Assembly: GCA_001179505.1 (NCBI GenBank)
Contig: CDMY01000285.1
Coordinates: forward strand, 1 to 64,000
Length of the DNA: 64,000 nt
Direction of reading: 5' to 3'
DNA from: Vitrella brassicaformis CCMP3155
Lineage: Eukaryota; Protista; Chromerida
Shown piece by piece: positions 24,801 to 39,800 of the stretch (position 1 is the stretch's first letter; each line of letters starts with the position of its first letter). The translations under genes were made by a program, and so were the position numbers. Under the pieces are notes generated by a model. It was not told where the DNA came from. It ran no database searches and worked only from the letters and a program-made list of their open reading frames with translations.

Positions 24801-27800
24801 GCGCGAGAAGGGCCTCCAGCCGTTCCCCGCCCTCGTACCCAACCCTCCCCTCCCACTGCCGGCATTCGCCCTCGCCACCCCGCCCTCCAAGACAGACACC
24901 CAGTCCGCTCCTCCCCACACACGAACGGCTGCAGCCGCCCCCTCTCGTGGGTCGGGGCCCCACGAGTGTCTGACTGCCCCCGATGCGGGCCGGCCGCCGG
25001 CATGGTTCGCCTCAGGTTATGTGTGCCTCAGCCTCTTCATCAAGGACTACGAGCTGTGGGACCTCACTGATGTCTTCTCCATCCAGCCCGACCGGCCCCT
25101 GCAGCCGCCAACCGACGACGACAAACCGGCGCCACAGCAAGGGACGGCAGCTGCTGCTGCTGGCGAGCAGCCTCAGGGACAAGGCGGCAGCACCGACGTC
25201 AAGGCGGGTGAGGCGGCGGCTGCCACCGCCGATGGGGAGGCCACTGACCAGCCCGTTCCCATGGACACGACCACTGCCCCGGCGCAACCGGCCGATGGCA
25301 CCAAGAAGACTTCTGTGCTGCCTGTGGATCTGCAGAAGGGCCTCGTCAAGGTGTGCCTCGACACGCTCCACCACTTCCCGGGACTCGATGGCAACCTCGC
25401 TATGGTATATAGGCAATAAATTGCGAGCCACAAGAGGGGCCACCATTCTCATGTCTGTCGTGTGTGTGTACTGTTTGTTGTGCCAGGCTGTGCTTCAACT
25501 GCTGGTGCATCTGACGTCTGTGCATCACAACGCTGTGGCCATGGTCAACTACAGCCCGCGTGGCCTGGCGGCCCTCGCCAGCAGATGGGGAGGGGCTGCC
25601 AAGGACACCAAGGCGAGTCACGGCCTGTCGCTCTTCACCCCCCAGCAGGACAAGGACGGCGTCAACCTCAGGATGGGCGGGCTGGACCTGGGCGGCGGCC
25701 TGGGGGTCGTCTTCAGAATACCAAAGTGAGTGGGTCACCAAAAGCACACGCACACAAATGACATATGTGTGAGAGTCACACCCACCTCTCTCCAATGTAT
25801 GTCTTTCTGTCTGCAGGACGGCTCGGTTCAACGGTCTCTTGGCGGTGGTGCAGACCCTTGTGCAGCGAGCGGTAGAGGACTACGCGACGCTCCAGAGTCA
25901 AATGGAGGCGGCCATCGTCAGCCTCTTCACATCACAGTCACAGCAGGGCCAACGCAACAGCAATGGCCAGGCCGGCGGACCGGGTGCGGGCAACGGTAGC
26001 CGGGCAGGACGGGCGCAGCAGGGAGCCGCTGGACAGCAAGCCGGAGGGGCCGCGGGCAATCGCAGCGAAGGGCAGCCGAGTCCGACAGAAGAGAGTCCCA
26101 CTCACGCCCCGCAGCCCACCATGACGATGGAGGAGGTCATTACTCAGTCCTTCCCCTGGATCCGTCGCAACCCCCAGGCATTCCGAGAGGCACTGTCGGT
26201 CTCGTGTGCCGTCCTGGTGCCCGAGAGACGCAAGAAGGAGGCAACGGCCGACAAGGACAAGGACAAGCAGCAGAAGGATGAGGCCGGCGGCCAGGACAGC
26301 AAAGAGGGCGGCCCGAGCTCAGAGGCGGCACAGCCACAGCCGCCCCCCGACGTGGACATGGCAGCATCGCAACAGGACGGCCAGCCCCCTGCCGACAGGC
26401 CCGCTGATGGTGACACCTCTCAGGCTCAGGACAGTCAGCAAGTCGTCCCACCCACCGTCCCGGTCGCCACCAATGTGGACCAAACCCAGAGCCAGCAGCC
26501 CGTCCAGGACGGAGCGCAGCCCCCAGCGCCGTCACAGGCAGGCGAGTCGCAGCAGGCCCAGCCGCCTGCATCGAGTGCAGGGGGTGGTGATGGGGGCCCT
26601 GATGAGGATGAGGAGATCGACGACGACGAGGACGAGGATGAGGACGGCATCGCCATCGACGGGGAGGGAGACTTCTCCCCGTCTCCACGCAGGCCCGTGG
26701 GCGATGACGAGGACCCGCCCGACACGGAACCCGTGAGGCTGCAGCTGCTGAGCACCAAGGAGCGACAACAGAACAAGGAAAACATGAAGCTCAAGAAGAT
26801 CGCATTCACTGGGTGGGCACACCACGCAACGACCGACCGGGAGCCTGACTGACTGAGACTCGGTGTGATGTCGCTCTCGCGCTGGTGTCTGTCTGTGTGA
26901 TTTCAGGCAAGGTCAGGCGCTTGCTGGCAGTATCCCGTCGTCGCCACCTCAATCCCCCGCCCCCCTCAAGCCGCAGCCCCTCCCGCGGACCGCCACGGCC
27001 GGCGAAGGGCCGCGAGGCAGTGCCTGGAGTGCCGTCAGCACTCTGTGCGATTACCTTTCAGTGTTCGTCAACCTACAGGTGAAGTGACCTTGATGAGAGA
27101 GAAGTTAGGCGAGCTTACCTTGATCAATCAATCATGTGTCTGACGTGCGTGTTGTTTAGGCTTCGTGCTCGTTCACGCCCTTTACGCCACTGCAGCAGGT
27201 ACGATTATCGACAAGAATGCTCACTGAGGGTCGTGAGTGACACTGGTTAATGATTCCTGGTTTCCTTTCACTCATTTGTTGTCTGTCCATGTCGTTCAGA
27301 AGAAGTCAAGTACCGACTCCAGTCCCCGAGCAGCCGAATCGGCGCAGCAGGAGGGCGAACAGCGGCCTGCCGGGATGAGTGTGGAGGCGGGCGGCCTCAC
27401 TCTCGACTCGTACCGTGAGAGGCCAATGTGGAAGCTGCCCGTCGGCAAGAAGGGCGAGAAGCCCGAGTACCCCTACGCCCTCCCACCCGACTCGCTCGTC
27501 TACCTGCTCAACGGCTTGCTGTCGTCCTACAGCAACTGTCTGGCCCTCCTCATCAAAAGCGCACACAGCCAGGGCGGCAATGTGTCCCCCCTTCGCAAGA
27601 GCATCAAGGAGGGCACAGCAATCTGGTTCTCGACCCTTCCCCCGTGGCCCTTCACCTCCTGCGCCACCGCCACGTCGAGTGCTGGCACGCCCAAGCCCAT
27701 TTTGTCGGTTCTGATGCGCCGCGTGCTGCCCGCCCTCATCAGCCTCAACACGGCGGAGACGGTCCACGGCTGGCGACAGTCAGTCATGCGCAGCAGGCAG

Positions 27801-30800
27801 CCCGCCAACCAGCCCGGTGGACTCACCAACGGGGACAATGGCGATCAGACCAAGTCGACCATGGCTGTGTCGGTGCTCCCCGTCAAGCAGACCCCGCCCT
27901 GCCGCATCCTCATGCAGTTCGTCGGCGTGCTCACCACCGTGGCACAGAAAAACCCAGGTTGGTGGGGCAGGGCGGGCACCCCACCCCATCCACACATCAA
28001 AGGCAGCTAGTTCCATGCATCTGTCTCTGTTGTCTCTGTGAACGAACGTGTTTGTTCAGAGATCCGCAAGAAGGTCACGAACGAGGTGACGGCCCTCCTC
28101 AAGCTACTTGCCATCGTCGCGACGGCCGACACCCATCCCTCTGGTCTGCCCGCCCCGCCCAACTCGTCCACCGTTCGCCCGCACACACCATCCAAGCCGC
28201 GCAAGAAGAGCGCCCCGCCGTCAGAGGCCCCGCGAGACGACAAAGAGAAGGACAGCAGGGCGGAGCCCGAGCGCAAAGAGCGGGTGCGCCATTCGCGAGG
28301 AGGCACCGCTGACACCGCGACCATGGAGACTCCGTCGCTCGTGCCAGAGCTCATCCCCAGCCTGCCGTCCTTCTTCATGACGGCCGTCTTCGTTTTGGCG
28401 GAGCTGCTGCACAAGCTCTTGAGCATGCCAGCTGTCCCGTCACCACCCGTCGGTGGCAATGCCAGAAACAACAACCCAAACACCACTACCACCACTGGCA
28501 ATGCGGCAAGTGTTGCACCGGGTGGACCCAGCGGCCAGGAGCAGCAACAGCAGCAGCAGCCAGCGGCCCAGGGTGGGACCCCTGCGTCGCAAGACCAGCC
28601 CGCAGCTGCTGCTGCTGCTGGCGGCCTCGAGCCACCCAGCATCCCTCCGCCGACATCGGATGTTGCCGAGCAGGGGGCGGCCCACCCCGGGGCCACGGGG
28701 ACGGCCGCATCGCCTGCATGTCTCCCCAGCCCCCTCCCGCCCATCCAGTACATCGGCGGCCTCTGCGCCTCAGACTGCCCGGCGGTCAGGGAGTCCCTCT
28801 GCAAGCTGTTGAATCACATCGACCTGTGTCGGGAGGACTCCCACACCGTCTGTGAGAAGGTGGCGCGATGCATCGAGATCCTCACGAGGGACAGTGCCTT
28901 CCACGCCAGCGGTGAGGGTCCCGCCGACGACCATCCGTCGAGCGGGGGACTCAGCAGGGGGGAGGCTAGCCCCCGCGAGGCTCCGCGGCCGCCAAGGGGC
29001 CGCAGGCGGCGCCGTGACCGTCGGTATGAGATGGACCTCGACATCGATCACGAGAGCCCACAGGCAGCCAACGGGCAAAATGGCCTGCTGGAGGTTGAGG
29101 TGGAGATCGACCGGGAGCCGATCAGCGGCTTCGGTGACGATGATGACGACGAGGGCCTGTCGGACGGAGAGGACGAGGACGCTCCATCCGAAGCTGTAAG
29201 GACTCACTCCATACGACTGATGATGCTCATTCTCTTGACGTTTGTGTACTGTCTTCGTGTGTGTGTGTCTCCATCCAGACTGAGAGGCAGGAGGAGCCGC
29301 TTCCTCACGAGGCCGACGAGCACGTAAGGCCACCACCACAAAGCAGCGCCGTTCCAAAGCCTCATGCGTCACCGATCGCCCCTGTCTGTATGCGTGTGTG
29401 CAGGAGGATAATGACGTTGACGAGGAGAGTCGCGAGGATGAGGATCTTGACGAAGACGAGGATGAGGACGACGATCTGGACGATGAAGACGACGATGAGG
29501 TCCGCATCCGGCAGCCGGCCCCAGTGGGTGTGCGGGATATCGACGAGGAGGGTGAGGGCCCCATGGACGAGGACGAGGAGGAAGACGATATCGGCCCCCG
29601 GGGGCTCATCGATCGCGACGACGTCCACGATGAGGATGAGGAACCGATGGTCGGCGACATCGACGAGGACAGGCCCGAGGATGAGGAGGAGGATGAAGAC
29701 GACGATGAGGAAGGTCAGTCAGTCAGTCAGTCAGCAGCCATACTCATTCAATTGCAGATGGCGTCAATTGACTGACGTTGGCTATTTCTATCTGTGCAGT
29801 GAGTCGTCACGAGGACGAGTACGGTGAGGCCGAGTTCGACGAGCGCGAGAACGACCTGGGAGAGGTGGATCGTGACCTCATGCAAGGGGGGGGTAGAGAC
29901 ATGGACCTCGAAGACATCCTCTTCGGCGGAGGCGGCCCCGAGATGTTCGACCACCTCAACGATGAGTTCCGACTCAGCCGCGTCGCCATGTCACGCTACG
30001 CCCGGCCGTCGAGCATCCGGCGCATGATTGAGGGCATCAGTGGCGGGCCTCTTGGCTTGGAGATGGAGATCGAGTACCTATCCGACATGCCACAGGGCTC
30101 TGCTGCTGGCGGTGCGGCCCCTGCTGGTCCACAGGCGGGGCTGGCCGTGAGTGGCGACCTGGCGCTCCCGAGTGAGCACCCTCTCCTCGCCCGCAACGTT
30201 GCCGCTGCCCAACCTGCAGCCGCAGGCGCTGCTGCAGCTGGAGTGCGAATCAGGTATGCACGCATCACCTGTGCACACACGAATCAGGGCTGACTGCCTT
30301 GCCTCGATTCGTTGATATACATATGTAAATCCAGAGACGATCGTCCTTTGATGTTTAGGGGTGGCGACCCGCTGGCGCCGCCGGTCGTGCCGTCTCCTTA
30401 CGGCCCATACGGCGACATGGGACGGGGACTACAGGTGGGTGCGGCACACACACACTCACACACAGGCAGGCAAACCGCGCGAGAAATGGATCTCGTATTG
30501 ACTGACTTGTATGTTATGTGACAGTATGAGCGGTATGCCCGGTATGAGGCGGGTGTGCCTGGCGGAGGCGGCCCCGGTGCGGCCGGCAGGGCCCGGGCTG
30601 GAGCGCAGGGCGAGGCGGGCCGAGCAGCTGCCGGGGGGCCTGCTGCGGGGGTGTCTGTCGATGCGGCCACCACAGAGACGGGAGTCCGACAGGTCATGTC
30701 CGGTAAGTTTATAGAAGACGGAGAAGGAAGGAGGCGGTTATTTGACTCCTCGTTGCCCTGTGCGTGTGGTTCTCCCTCTCAGATATGTCTGCGAATGTCC

Positions 30801-33800
30801 GCAGCCTGCTGCGCACGATCCCAGTGCCTGCGCCTGAGAGGCCGCAGCCGCCGGTCCGTCCCGCTGCCCGCGCTCCTCAGTGGGCCCGCCGTGCCAGCCG
30901 ACGAGACGTGCGAGACGTGGTGGGCAGGCCTCCACCCCCAGACGTGCCGGACAGAGGACAACAACTATCCGAGGACATACATGAGGGCGTTCAGCGGGCG
31001 CGGTACTCTCGCTACGGCCTGAGAGGATTGGCGGGAGAGCCCAGGATGCGCGGCGAGGCGGCCGCGGAGGGTGGTGCTCCCAGTGGCGCTGGTCGACAGG
31101 CCGCAGGGGCTCCTGGAGGTGACCAAGCGCGCGGCGTGCCGCCGCCAGAGGGCGACGACGATGGCGCGTCCAGCGGAGTGGGGGAGAGGGACGGGTCAGC
31201 CGAGGGACGCAATGGTGGGTCAAGCCCTTCTGCAGCGGGGGAGGCCCTTGCTGCGGGTGTGCGGCAACTGAATCTCGCCGAGGGCGGGCCTGACGAGAGA
31301 GAAGAGCGACCTGGGCAGCCAGGTGAGGAGGGGCGCATACCTGATGAGGACTTCGTCATGGTCGGCGAGCCACCTGAACTCCTGCAAGAGCGACAACAAC
31401 AGGAGCACCCTGCTGCTCAGTCGCAGCCCACTGCTGCAGCACCGGAGCAACCTCAAGCTCCCCCTGCAGCTGCAGCAGCTGCTGCTGCTGGTGGTGGTGG
31501 TGCCGGTGCTGCTGCTGAGCAGCCCGACATGACCATGTCCATCGACGGCCTCGTATCTTCTCTCACACGGTCGATGCAGTCGGCAGCCCCTCCCCCGCCC
31601 GCCTCGGCGGCGCAGGAGCAGCCCCCACAGGTGCGGCTGGACCTCAACTTTGTCCAACAGGCATTGGCCCGGGTGCGAGAACACAGCCCCACTGCTGCCG
31701 GCCAGGCAGGGAGGTCAACGGGCGAAGGCGAGGCCCAACAAGACGCTTCTGCGGTGCCTCCACCCTTTGCGCCGCCCGACGTGACGGCACCGCACCCACC
31801 ACCACCAGCAGCAGCACCAGCACCAGCAGCACCTGCATCTCAGCCGCCGCCACCCGCGTCAGAGCAGCGCGACCAGCCGCCACAAGAAGCACCACAGCAG
31901 GGAGAGGAGCAGTCACAGCCCCCCGCCGAGAGTCAGGAAGCCGCCGGAGAGAGTCCGGCTGGCGGAGAGGGTGAGGATGATGCCCACCTGGACGAGCCCT
32001 TGCCGTTCCAGTCGGACCTGCTCAGCGCCATTGCTCGATCGCTGGACGTATCGGAGAGGTTTGTGCTGTCGTGCGCCGGGGTGGACTTCCAGTTCCTGAC
32101 GGAGCTGCCCGACGAATTCCGCCGCGAGATCCTCCAGACACAGCTCGACACCATCGACCGTCAAGACATCATCCGAAGGCGAGACCAACGACGGCAGCGG
32201 CAGAGGCAGCAACCACAGGCACAACCACCACAACAGGCGGGAGGGGCTTCCCCTTCTGCAGCTGCGCAAGGTGGTGCGGCAGAAGGAGAGGAGCAGCCGC
32301 CACCATCGACACAAGAAGCGCCGGCAGAGGCGCAGCAAGGCGAGCCTCCTGCTGCCCCAGCTGATTTGGGACCCCCCATCCCGATGGAAGAAGTGGCACC
32401 TGTAGCACCGTCCGAGCAACCAGCAGAGGCTGCTCCGCCCCCCCAGCCCCCGACGGGGGACGGTCTCGAGGTGCCGCAAGAGGGCGCTCCACCGGCAGAA
32501 CCACAACAGGACGGTGGTGAACAAGGGGCGCAGCCGATGGACATTGAGGGCGTGGCCGGCTCGGTGGTGCACCCACCGGCCGCCACTGCGCCTGCTGCCC
32601 CTTCCGAAGCCCCTGCTGCTGCAGCAGAGGCAGCCCAGCCCCCTCAGCCCTCTCGGCCCCCCGCCATCTCCACCGACGAGACCATGGACCAAGCAGAGGC
32701 CGGCGGGCAGCGCATTCAGGTGCCCATGATGACCCCGCCTGCCCTGCATGAGAGCATGATCACCCCGACAGCCCCGCGGAGGCCCAGTATGGCCATCCTG
32801 GAGGACGAGTCGGGGGCTGCGAGCGGCGAGGGCACTGGACAGGAGGGTGCGACGGCACGTCGTGAGGGCGGAGGAGATGAGGAGGTGTTGGGTGAGGGCC
32901 CAGCTGGAGAGGGGCGGGCTGGAGGCGAAGCGGCAGCGGCAGCAGAAGGCGGGATGGGAGATATAAACGAAGGTGCGTATGCCCATACACGAGTGACCTT
33001 GCAAGTGATCAATCACGGCACGTGTCCTATGGTGTGGTGTCATGTGTGTTGGGTCTGCAGAGGTGTTGGCTGAGCTTCCTCCCGACATCCGTGCCGAGAT
33101 CATGGAGCAGATGCGAGCGGAGCGCGAGCAGGAGCGTCAGCGGGAGCGGGCAGAGAGGGAGGCCAGGGCGGCCAGAGGTGGCGAGGGGCAGGGAGGAGAG
33201 AGAGAGGGAAGACCAGCTGGCGAGCGGCCAGCTGGGGGAGGGGCAAGAGGAGGGGCCAACGGCAGCAGGGGAGGGGCTTTGTTGGGCGGCCCAGGGGACA
33301 TGGATAACGCTACCTTCATTGCCACGCTTCCCGAGGATCTTAGAAGGGTGAGAGAGTTTTACAGCCAGGACAATGAATGGGGGGCCTGAGGTTTGCGTTG
33401 CATCAATGCATTGGTTTGCGTATGCGATGCGCTTGTTGCTTGTCTCCAACGCATTCAGGAGGTGCTGTTGTCCGCCACTCCAGAGTTCCTCAATACACTG
33501 CCGCCTGAGATCATGGCAGAGGCGCAACTACTCCAGTATATAAGACAGACACATCGAGACAGACAGACAGAACAGAGAAAGCACCTGTCTCTCCATTCGT
33601 CGCGGGCCTCTTATTATCTTTCGGTGTTGTGTGTGTATCTGTCTGTCAGGGAGCGTCACAACAATCAGCGGATGTGGGCTGGTCGACATGGTGGTCGCGG
33701 CGAGGGCGGAGGTGCCGAGAGGCCGCCGTCGCAGCGGCGCGTCCCAGCAGGCATGATGCAAGGCCCCCCCATCCTCCCCCGACACCTGGCGGAGTGGGCC

Positions 33801-36800
33801 CCTGGCAGCGGCATGGGCCTCACGGACTTCCTCAGTGACCTCATGGCTCTCGGGGGCGGCCCCATCGGCTCACGAGTCGAGCTGCGAATGCCTGATGGAC
33901 CCCCACGCCACTATGCCATCCGCAGAGCCCCAGGCGCAGGCGGCGGGCCCATGATGGCCGCCTTGCGGGCCGGCAGCAGAGGTGTGGCGCGACACCGTGC
34001 CCCGCCACCCTTCATCCGACAGGGCGGCGAGGGGGATGTGTTCACCGATCTGTTTGGCGCCGGCAGCCGGGGAGGACCTCTGATGGCGGTGCCGCCCAGC
34101 GGCTATGCCCACCGCGGCGGTGGGCCGGGGGGTGTCGGTGGTGCGGGAGATCGTCACGTGTTTCTGATGCCGACCCCCGACGGGCGTATCATCCAGCTGT
34201 CTTCGCGTGAGCTGCAAGCCATGGGTTACGATATCGGCCCGGGGCTGCTGCAGGGCGACGGCAGGGCAGGGCTGGGACCACCACCACCCGGAGGCGATCC
34301 CGGTGCTGCAGGTAGGGAGGGACATAGAATAGAATAGAATAGATGGGATGGGGGATGGGCACTGACAAGTGGCAGGAGCATGGCATGGCAACGAACCGCT
34401 TCGCTTGCATGGCCCCTTCCTTGGTGTTCGGGTGTGTCATATTGGTGTTTTGTTTGTGGGTGTGTTTGTTCATTAATGCAGTGATGTACTCGTGTCGAGA
34501 CCCGCCTATGGAGCCGTGGGCGGTGGTGGCGCTGTGCCGGCTGCTGTACATGCGCCGCACCCTGCACGAGAACCTGCTGCACCGCAACTTCTCCAACCTC
34601 GTGGTGGCCCACCCTCAGACGCGCCAGACGGTGCTGCAGCTGCTGACTCAGATGATCTGGTGCGGCGGATACCCATCCATCCTGCACCTGCAGGCACTCA
34701 ATGCCAACAAGCACACGGGTGAGTGGAGTGAGGTGCCGCAGCACAGCAGCTCTAGGCTGGCGGGGGCCATGCCATGATATATGATATGTTATGTGTGTGT
34801 GTCTCTTTGTTCTGTCTGTGCTGTGTAGATGGTCGCGTGCGTCCTTTCCCTCCCCGTCGTCTCTACAGCCCGTCTGATCGGATGGCGTCCGCCACGGAGC
34901 CCCTCAACCACCCGTCGCGCAACAACCACCCCAGCTTCGAGACCGGACCCGACGCAGCCGCATTCGTCGGCGCACTCAGGTACCTACCTACTCACCCGCT
35001 CAACCGCACCGCCAGAAAGCGCTTGAGATTGATTTGAAGGAGAGAAGCCAAGAGTCTGCGTGTGTTTCTTTGTGTAGGGGTTTGGCCCACATGCGTTCGA
35101 TCCTGAATGTGCACCCGGGGTGTGCCGAGTTCTTCGCCACCAAAGTGCTGCACCCCTCAAGGTGAGTGAATGAGGCAGGGACGGAGGGAGACGACACGAG
35201 CATGGCCGTCACAAGCGCGTGTGTGCGTGCGTGCGTGTGTGTGTGTGTGTTCCACCAGATACAGTGCCGAGGACGGCGACCCATCTCAAGATGGTGCGAA
35301 CCGCCCACGTGAGGGCAGACAGTAGGATAGTAGACTGACTGACTGACCTGCAATGGCCTGTGGGTCCCTCCCGCCCCCCAACCGCATGCAGCCCAGCCAG
35401 CTTAGCTTCTCTGTGTGTGGATGAGATGAATGCGTTGGTGTGCTCCGTGCCGTGCATGTCGATCGATGCCCTCTGCACTCTACCCACTCATTGCATTTGT
35501 TTGTGGCTGTCTGTGTGTGTGTGTGTGTGTGTGCGTCCGTGTCCTTCCGCAGGTGTGTTGGCTCACGAACTCAAGAGGAAAAGGAAGAAGCGTGACGTCC
35601 AGGCCTCTGCTGGACCCTCAGGTTCAGGCGCCCTCGTCCCAAGGGAGCGATTCCCTGCCCAGGAACACCCAATCAACGTCCTCCTGGTATATATGGGGAA
35701 GGGTACCACACAGGGAGGGAGGGAGGGACACAGCAGAAGCAAGAATGGCCTTGCAACTGTGGATCATCGTTGGTTGCATCCATCGTGTTGATTGCATCAG
35801 GACTTGACGTCGACGACTCCCTTCCTGTGTTCGGCATCGCACATGGACAGCCTCCTGCAGGCCATCCACACACTCATATGCGGCCCCTACTACGACCCAC
35901 AGCTCCCACCACCGCCAGCACCAGCGCCAGCGCCAGCACCAGCTCCAGCGCCAGCACCAGCACCAGCTCCAGCGCCAGCACCAGCACCGGCACCCCCTGC
36001 GCCTCACGCCGCCGATGGCGACCAGCAGCAAGCGGGGGCTGCAGCAGCAGATGCCGCCATGGACGCGGCACCTGCACCCGCCGCTCCACAGGAAGCCGCA
36101 GAGGGCCAGCAGGCACCGGCGACAGGCGCTGCTGCTCCAATGGAGGTGGAGGGCGACCAACAGCAGCAGCAACAGCAGGAAGGCGCCGCTGCCGCCTCTC
36201 AGACGCCAGGCCCCACTGCCGCAGGCGACACGAGGACGCCCGGAGGAGACGCGCAGATGGCGGACGCGGAGGTGGGTGTTGGAGCTGGTGAGGCGGCCGT
36301 GACCAAGTCGCTGCCTGATCGCATCGTTGATGTGGTCAAGCCCGAGGCGGCGGACGCGCTGTGCCGTCTGTTGTGTCTGCCATCGACCAAGCCTCACGCC
36401 ACAATGTGGCTGGCCGTGACCGACACCAACAAGAAGGACAACAACCTCACTCGAGTGGCCCAGATCGTCGGCAGGCTGTTCAGGAGCGACAAGCACTCGG
36501 AGGGCGTGTATGCGTCACTCCTTCACAACGCCACCGACCTCGTCGACGCCCTCTGCTACCAAGTCGACTGCCTCGAGGCGTCCATCCGGCGCGAGCACAG
36601 CCTGCCAGAGGAGGATGCGGGCGCCCTCACTCCCTCGTCGGCCGGCTACCGCACATCCGTGTCGTTCCCATCGCTGTCCTCCTCCGCCCGTGAGGCACAG
36701 CCCCCGACGCTGGCTGCCTCCGCATCGATGCCCCTGAGCCTGCCGGTGCGAGCCCGGCCGATGAGGGAGGGGTCGGACGTCGACGCGCCGGCTCACGGCG

Positions 36801-39800
36801 GGACCTTCGAGCTGCAGACCACGGCGTTCGTGCGGCTGGTGCACACGCTGCAAGACGTCCTGGGGTCGCCCACGCCGCCCGAGGAGCCCCCGATGGGCAT
36901 CGCTGACAATGACAACGGCGAGCCGCTACCCGACCATGATGGGGATGGCGGCAACAATGACGGAGGAGGAGCCAGCGACGGCAACCAACAGCAGCAGCAG
37001 CAGCAGCAACAGGGGAGTGGGGAGGGTGGTCAGCCGCCTGCTGATGCACCGATGGATGCTGCCCCACCTTCGCAATCGCAATCGCAATCGCAGCAGCAGC
37101 AGCCGCCTGCATCCCAGGCCACCGTGGCCACTCCCCAGGTGGCTGGCGCTAGGGGTACCGAGGAAGCACCAGGACAGCAACCCACCCCTACCAGCGACCA
37201 GGCCCCGCCATCACAACCTCCCCCCGGTGAGGCGCCATCGCAGCCACCCCCGGCAGGGCAGCCCGACGCCGCACAGCCCTCTTCTTCCGCTGCGGCAGCC
37301 GCCGCTGCTGGTGGGGAGGGAGAAGGACAGCCAGCGGCAGCGAGTGCGGCCGAGGCCGCCCCCCGCGACCCCCTGCACTCGATGCGGCAGGTGAGGGACT
37401 TCTTCGACGCCGCCGAGTCCCGTCGGCTGTGGTACCGTCTGGAGAAATGCATGAGCACCGTCGCGCGTGCGTTCCCCCACTTAAGCAACCGTCCCGGCGA
37501 CCGTCGTGTGACCCCCACCAGCAGCTCAGCTCGGGCCAATGCAGTGCGAAATGGGCCTGCGGGCGCCGCTGCGGGGGGAGGGGCTGGCAGAGGGGCCGGC
37601 AGGGGCGTTGCGAACGCGCTCTTCGGAGGGCCTGGACCGCTGGGCGGCCTCATGGCGGCCGGGGCGGGTGGTGCGGCTGGAGCGGCCGGAGCGGCCGGGG
37701 GGGCCGGTGAGGGTGGTGATCGTCAGGGAGGGCAGGCGCCGCCCCCGATGGTGCTGAATCAGCTGCTGCCGCTGCTGGAGGCGTGGCTGCAGGTGCAGTT
37801 CTATGGCATTGTGGTGGACAGCGACCTGACGAGCGCCGTGGCACCTGATGACGACGGCGGGCCGTTGGTGGCCGACCGCGACACCTTCTTGAATGACAGG
37901 CACCAGGAGCTGGTCCGCGTCTGCGAGAGACACAGGAGGGTGAGTGAGTCGGGGGGAGGGAGGGAGGGAGACGCCCGCAGACACAGACAGCCACACAGTC
38001 GACCCTTAAGGTGACTGATGCATGGACAATCCTTCTCTCTCTCTCTGTGTGTGTGTGTGTGTGTGTGTGCGTGTGTGCGTGTGTGCGTGTGTGTACCAGG
38101 CGTTGAATGCGTTGATTCGGCAGACGCCCACTCTGCTGAGCACCACCCTGGCGCCCCTCATCCGTCTGGCACCGTCGGCCGTCGACTTCGAGAACAAACG
38201 ACACTACTTCAAGTCAGCACAGTACAGCACAGCACTGCAGCCTCCAAAGGCCAACCAACACACTCTCCGCGTGGGTCTTGTGGTGTCTGTCGGTGTGGTT
38301 TGGTAATGTGCAGGAACAAGATCCGTCAGCTGCGGTCTGACGTGCGTCACGAGACGCTGCGGCTGAACCTGCGTCGTCACTCGGTGTTTATGGATTCCTT
38401 CCACCAGCTGCGGATGCGGACCGGTGAGGAGATGAAGGGCAAGATCACGGTGTCCTTCCAGGGCGAGGAGGGCGTCGATGCCGGCGGACTCACCCGGGAG
38501 TGGTTCTCCATCCTCTCCAGGGAAATGTTCAACCCGGGATATGCACTCTTCAGGTACACAATCCCATCCCGGGCGGCTGGAACGACAGACACGCAATGCA
38601 GCCACTGCCCTCGTGTGTGTGTGTGTGTGTGATGTCTGTCTATGAATCAGCCGTACCGGCGCCAAGGCGGAGTTCAATCACCCGAATCCGCTGTCTCACG
38701 TGAACCAGGACCACCTGCACTTCTTCAAGTTCATCGGCCGCATCATCGGCAAGGCCATCTACGAGAGCATTCACCTCGACGCCTACTTCACCCGGTCCTG
38801 CTACAAGCACATGCTGGGGCGCAAACCCAAGGCCGCCGACAGCGAGGCGCTCGACCCGGAGTTCTACAAGAACCTCATGAACATCCTCAAGGAGCCCCTG
38901 GACATGCTCGGACTCGAACTCACCTTCTCGTGAGGAGCAAACTTTCAACACACACACACATGGACACACAGATGGACACACACCCCACTTGTGCTTGGTG
39001 TTGGGTGCGCAGTACTGAGGTGGAGAATTTTGGCGCCATGATGACTGTGGACCTGAAGGAGAACGGCCGCAACATACCTGTCAACGACGTGAGCACAGCA
39101 CACAAGACGACAGACAGACGCCACACAGACAGAAGGAACAAGCAAAGGAATCCACATACGCTGACACGTGTGTGTCTGTGTGTCTGTCTGTCTGTCTGTC
39201 TATGTGTGCAGGAGAATAAGGAGGAGTACGTGGGGCTGATGTGTGAGTACCGCATGACCGAGGCTATCAAGCCACAGCTCGACGCATTCCTCTCGGGCTT
39301 CCACGAGATCATACCAGCCAAACTCATCTCCATCTTCGACGACAAGGTGGGTGCGGTGGGTGGACCCACACACCACAGACCACCAGAGCAGACATGCACA
39401 CCGGAGTGTCACGCGTGTGTGTGTGTGTTTGCGCCTGTCTGCCCCCCTCCCCCTCCCCGTGTGTGTGCAGGAGTTGGAGTTGCTGATCAGCGGTCTGCCG
39501 GAGATCGACCTGGACGACCTGCGGCGCAACACCGAGTACACGGGCTACACGGAGGACAGCCAAGTCATCACCTGGTTCTGGAAGACCCTACAAACATTCG
39601 ACCAAAACAGACTCGCTACCTTCCTCCAGGTACCTACACAGAGGGAGGGAAGGACACACACGCGCACACAGCTTGCTTCGTCAATGAGGGAATGAGGGAG
39701 CGCGCTGTGTGTGTGTGTCGTGTCGTGTCGTTGTGGTGCGTGTGTGCAGTTCGTGACGGGTACGTCTCGGGTGCCTCTGGAGGGCTTCACCAACCTGATG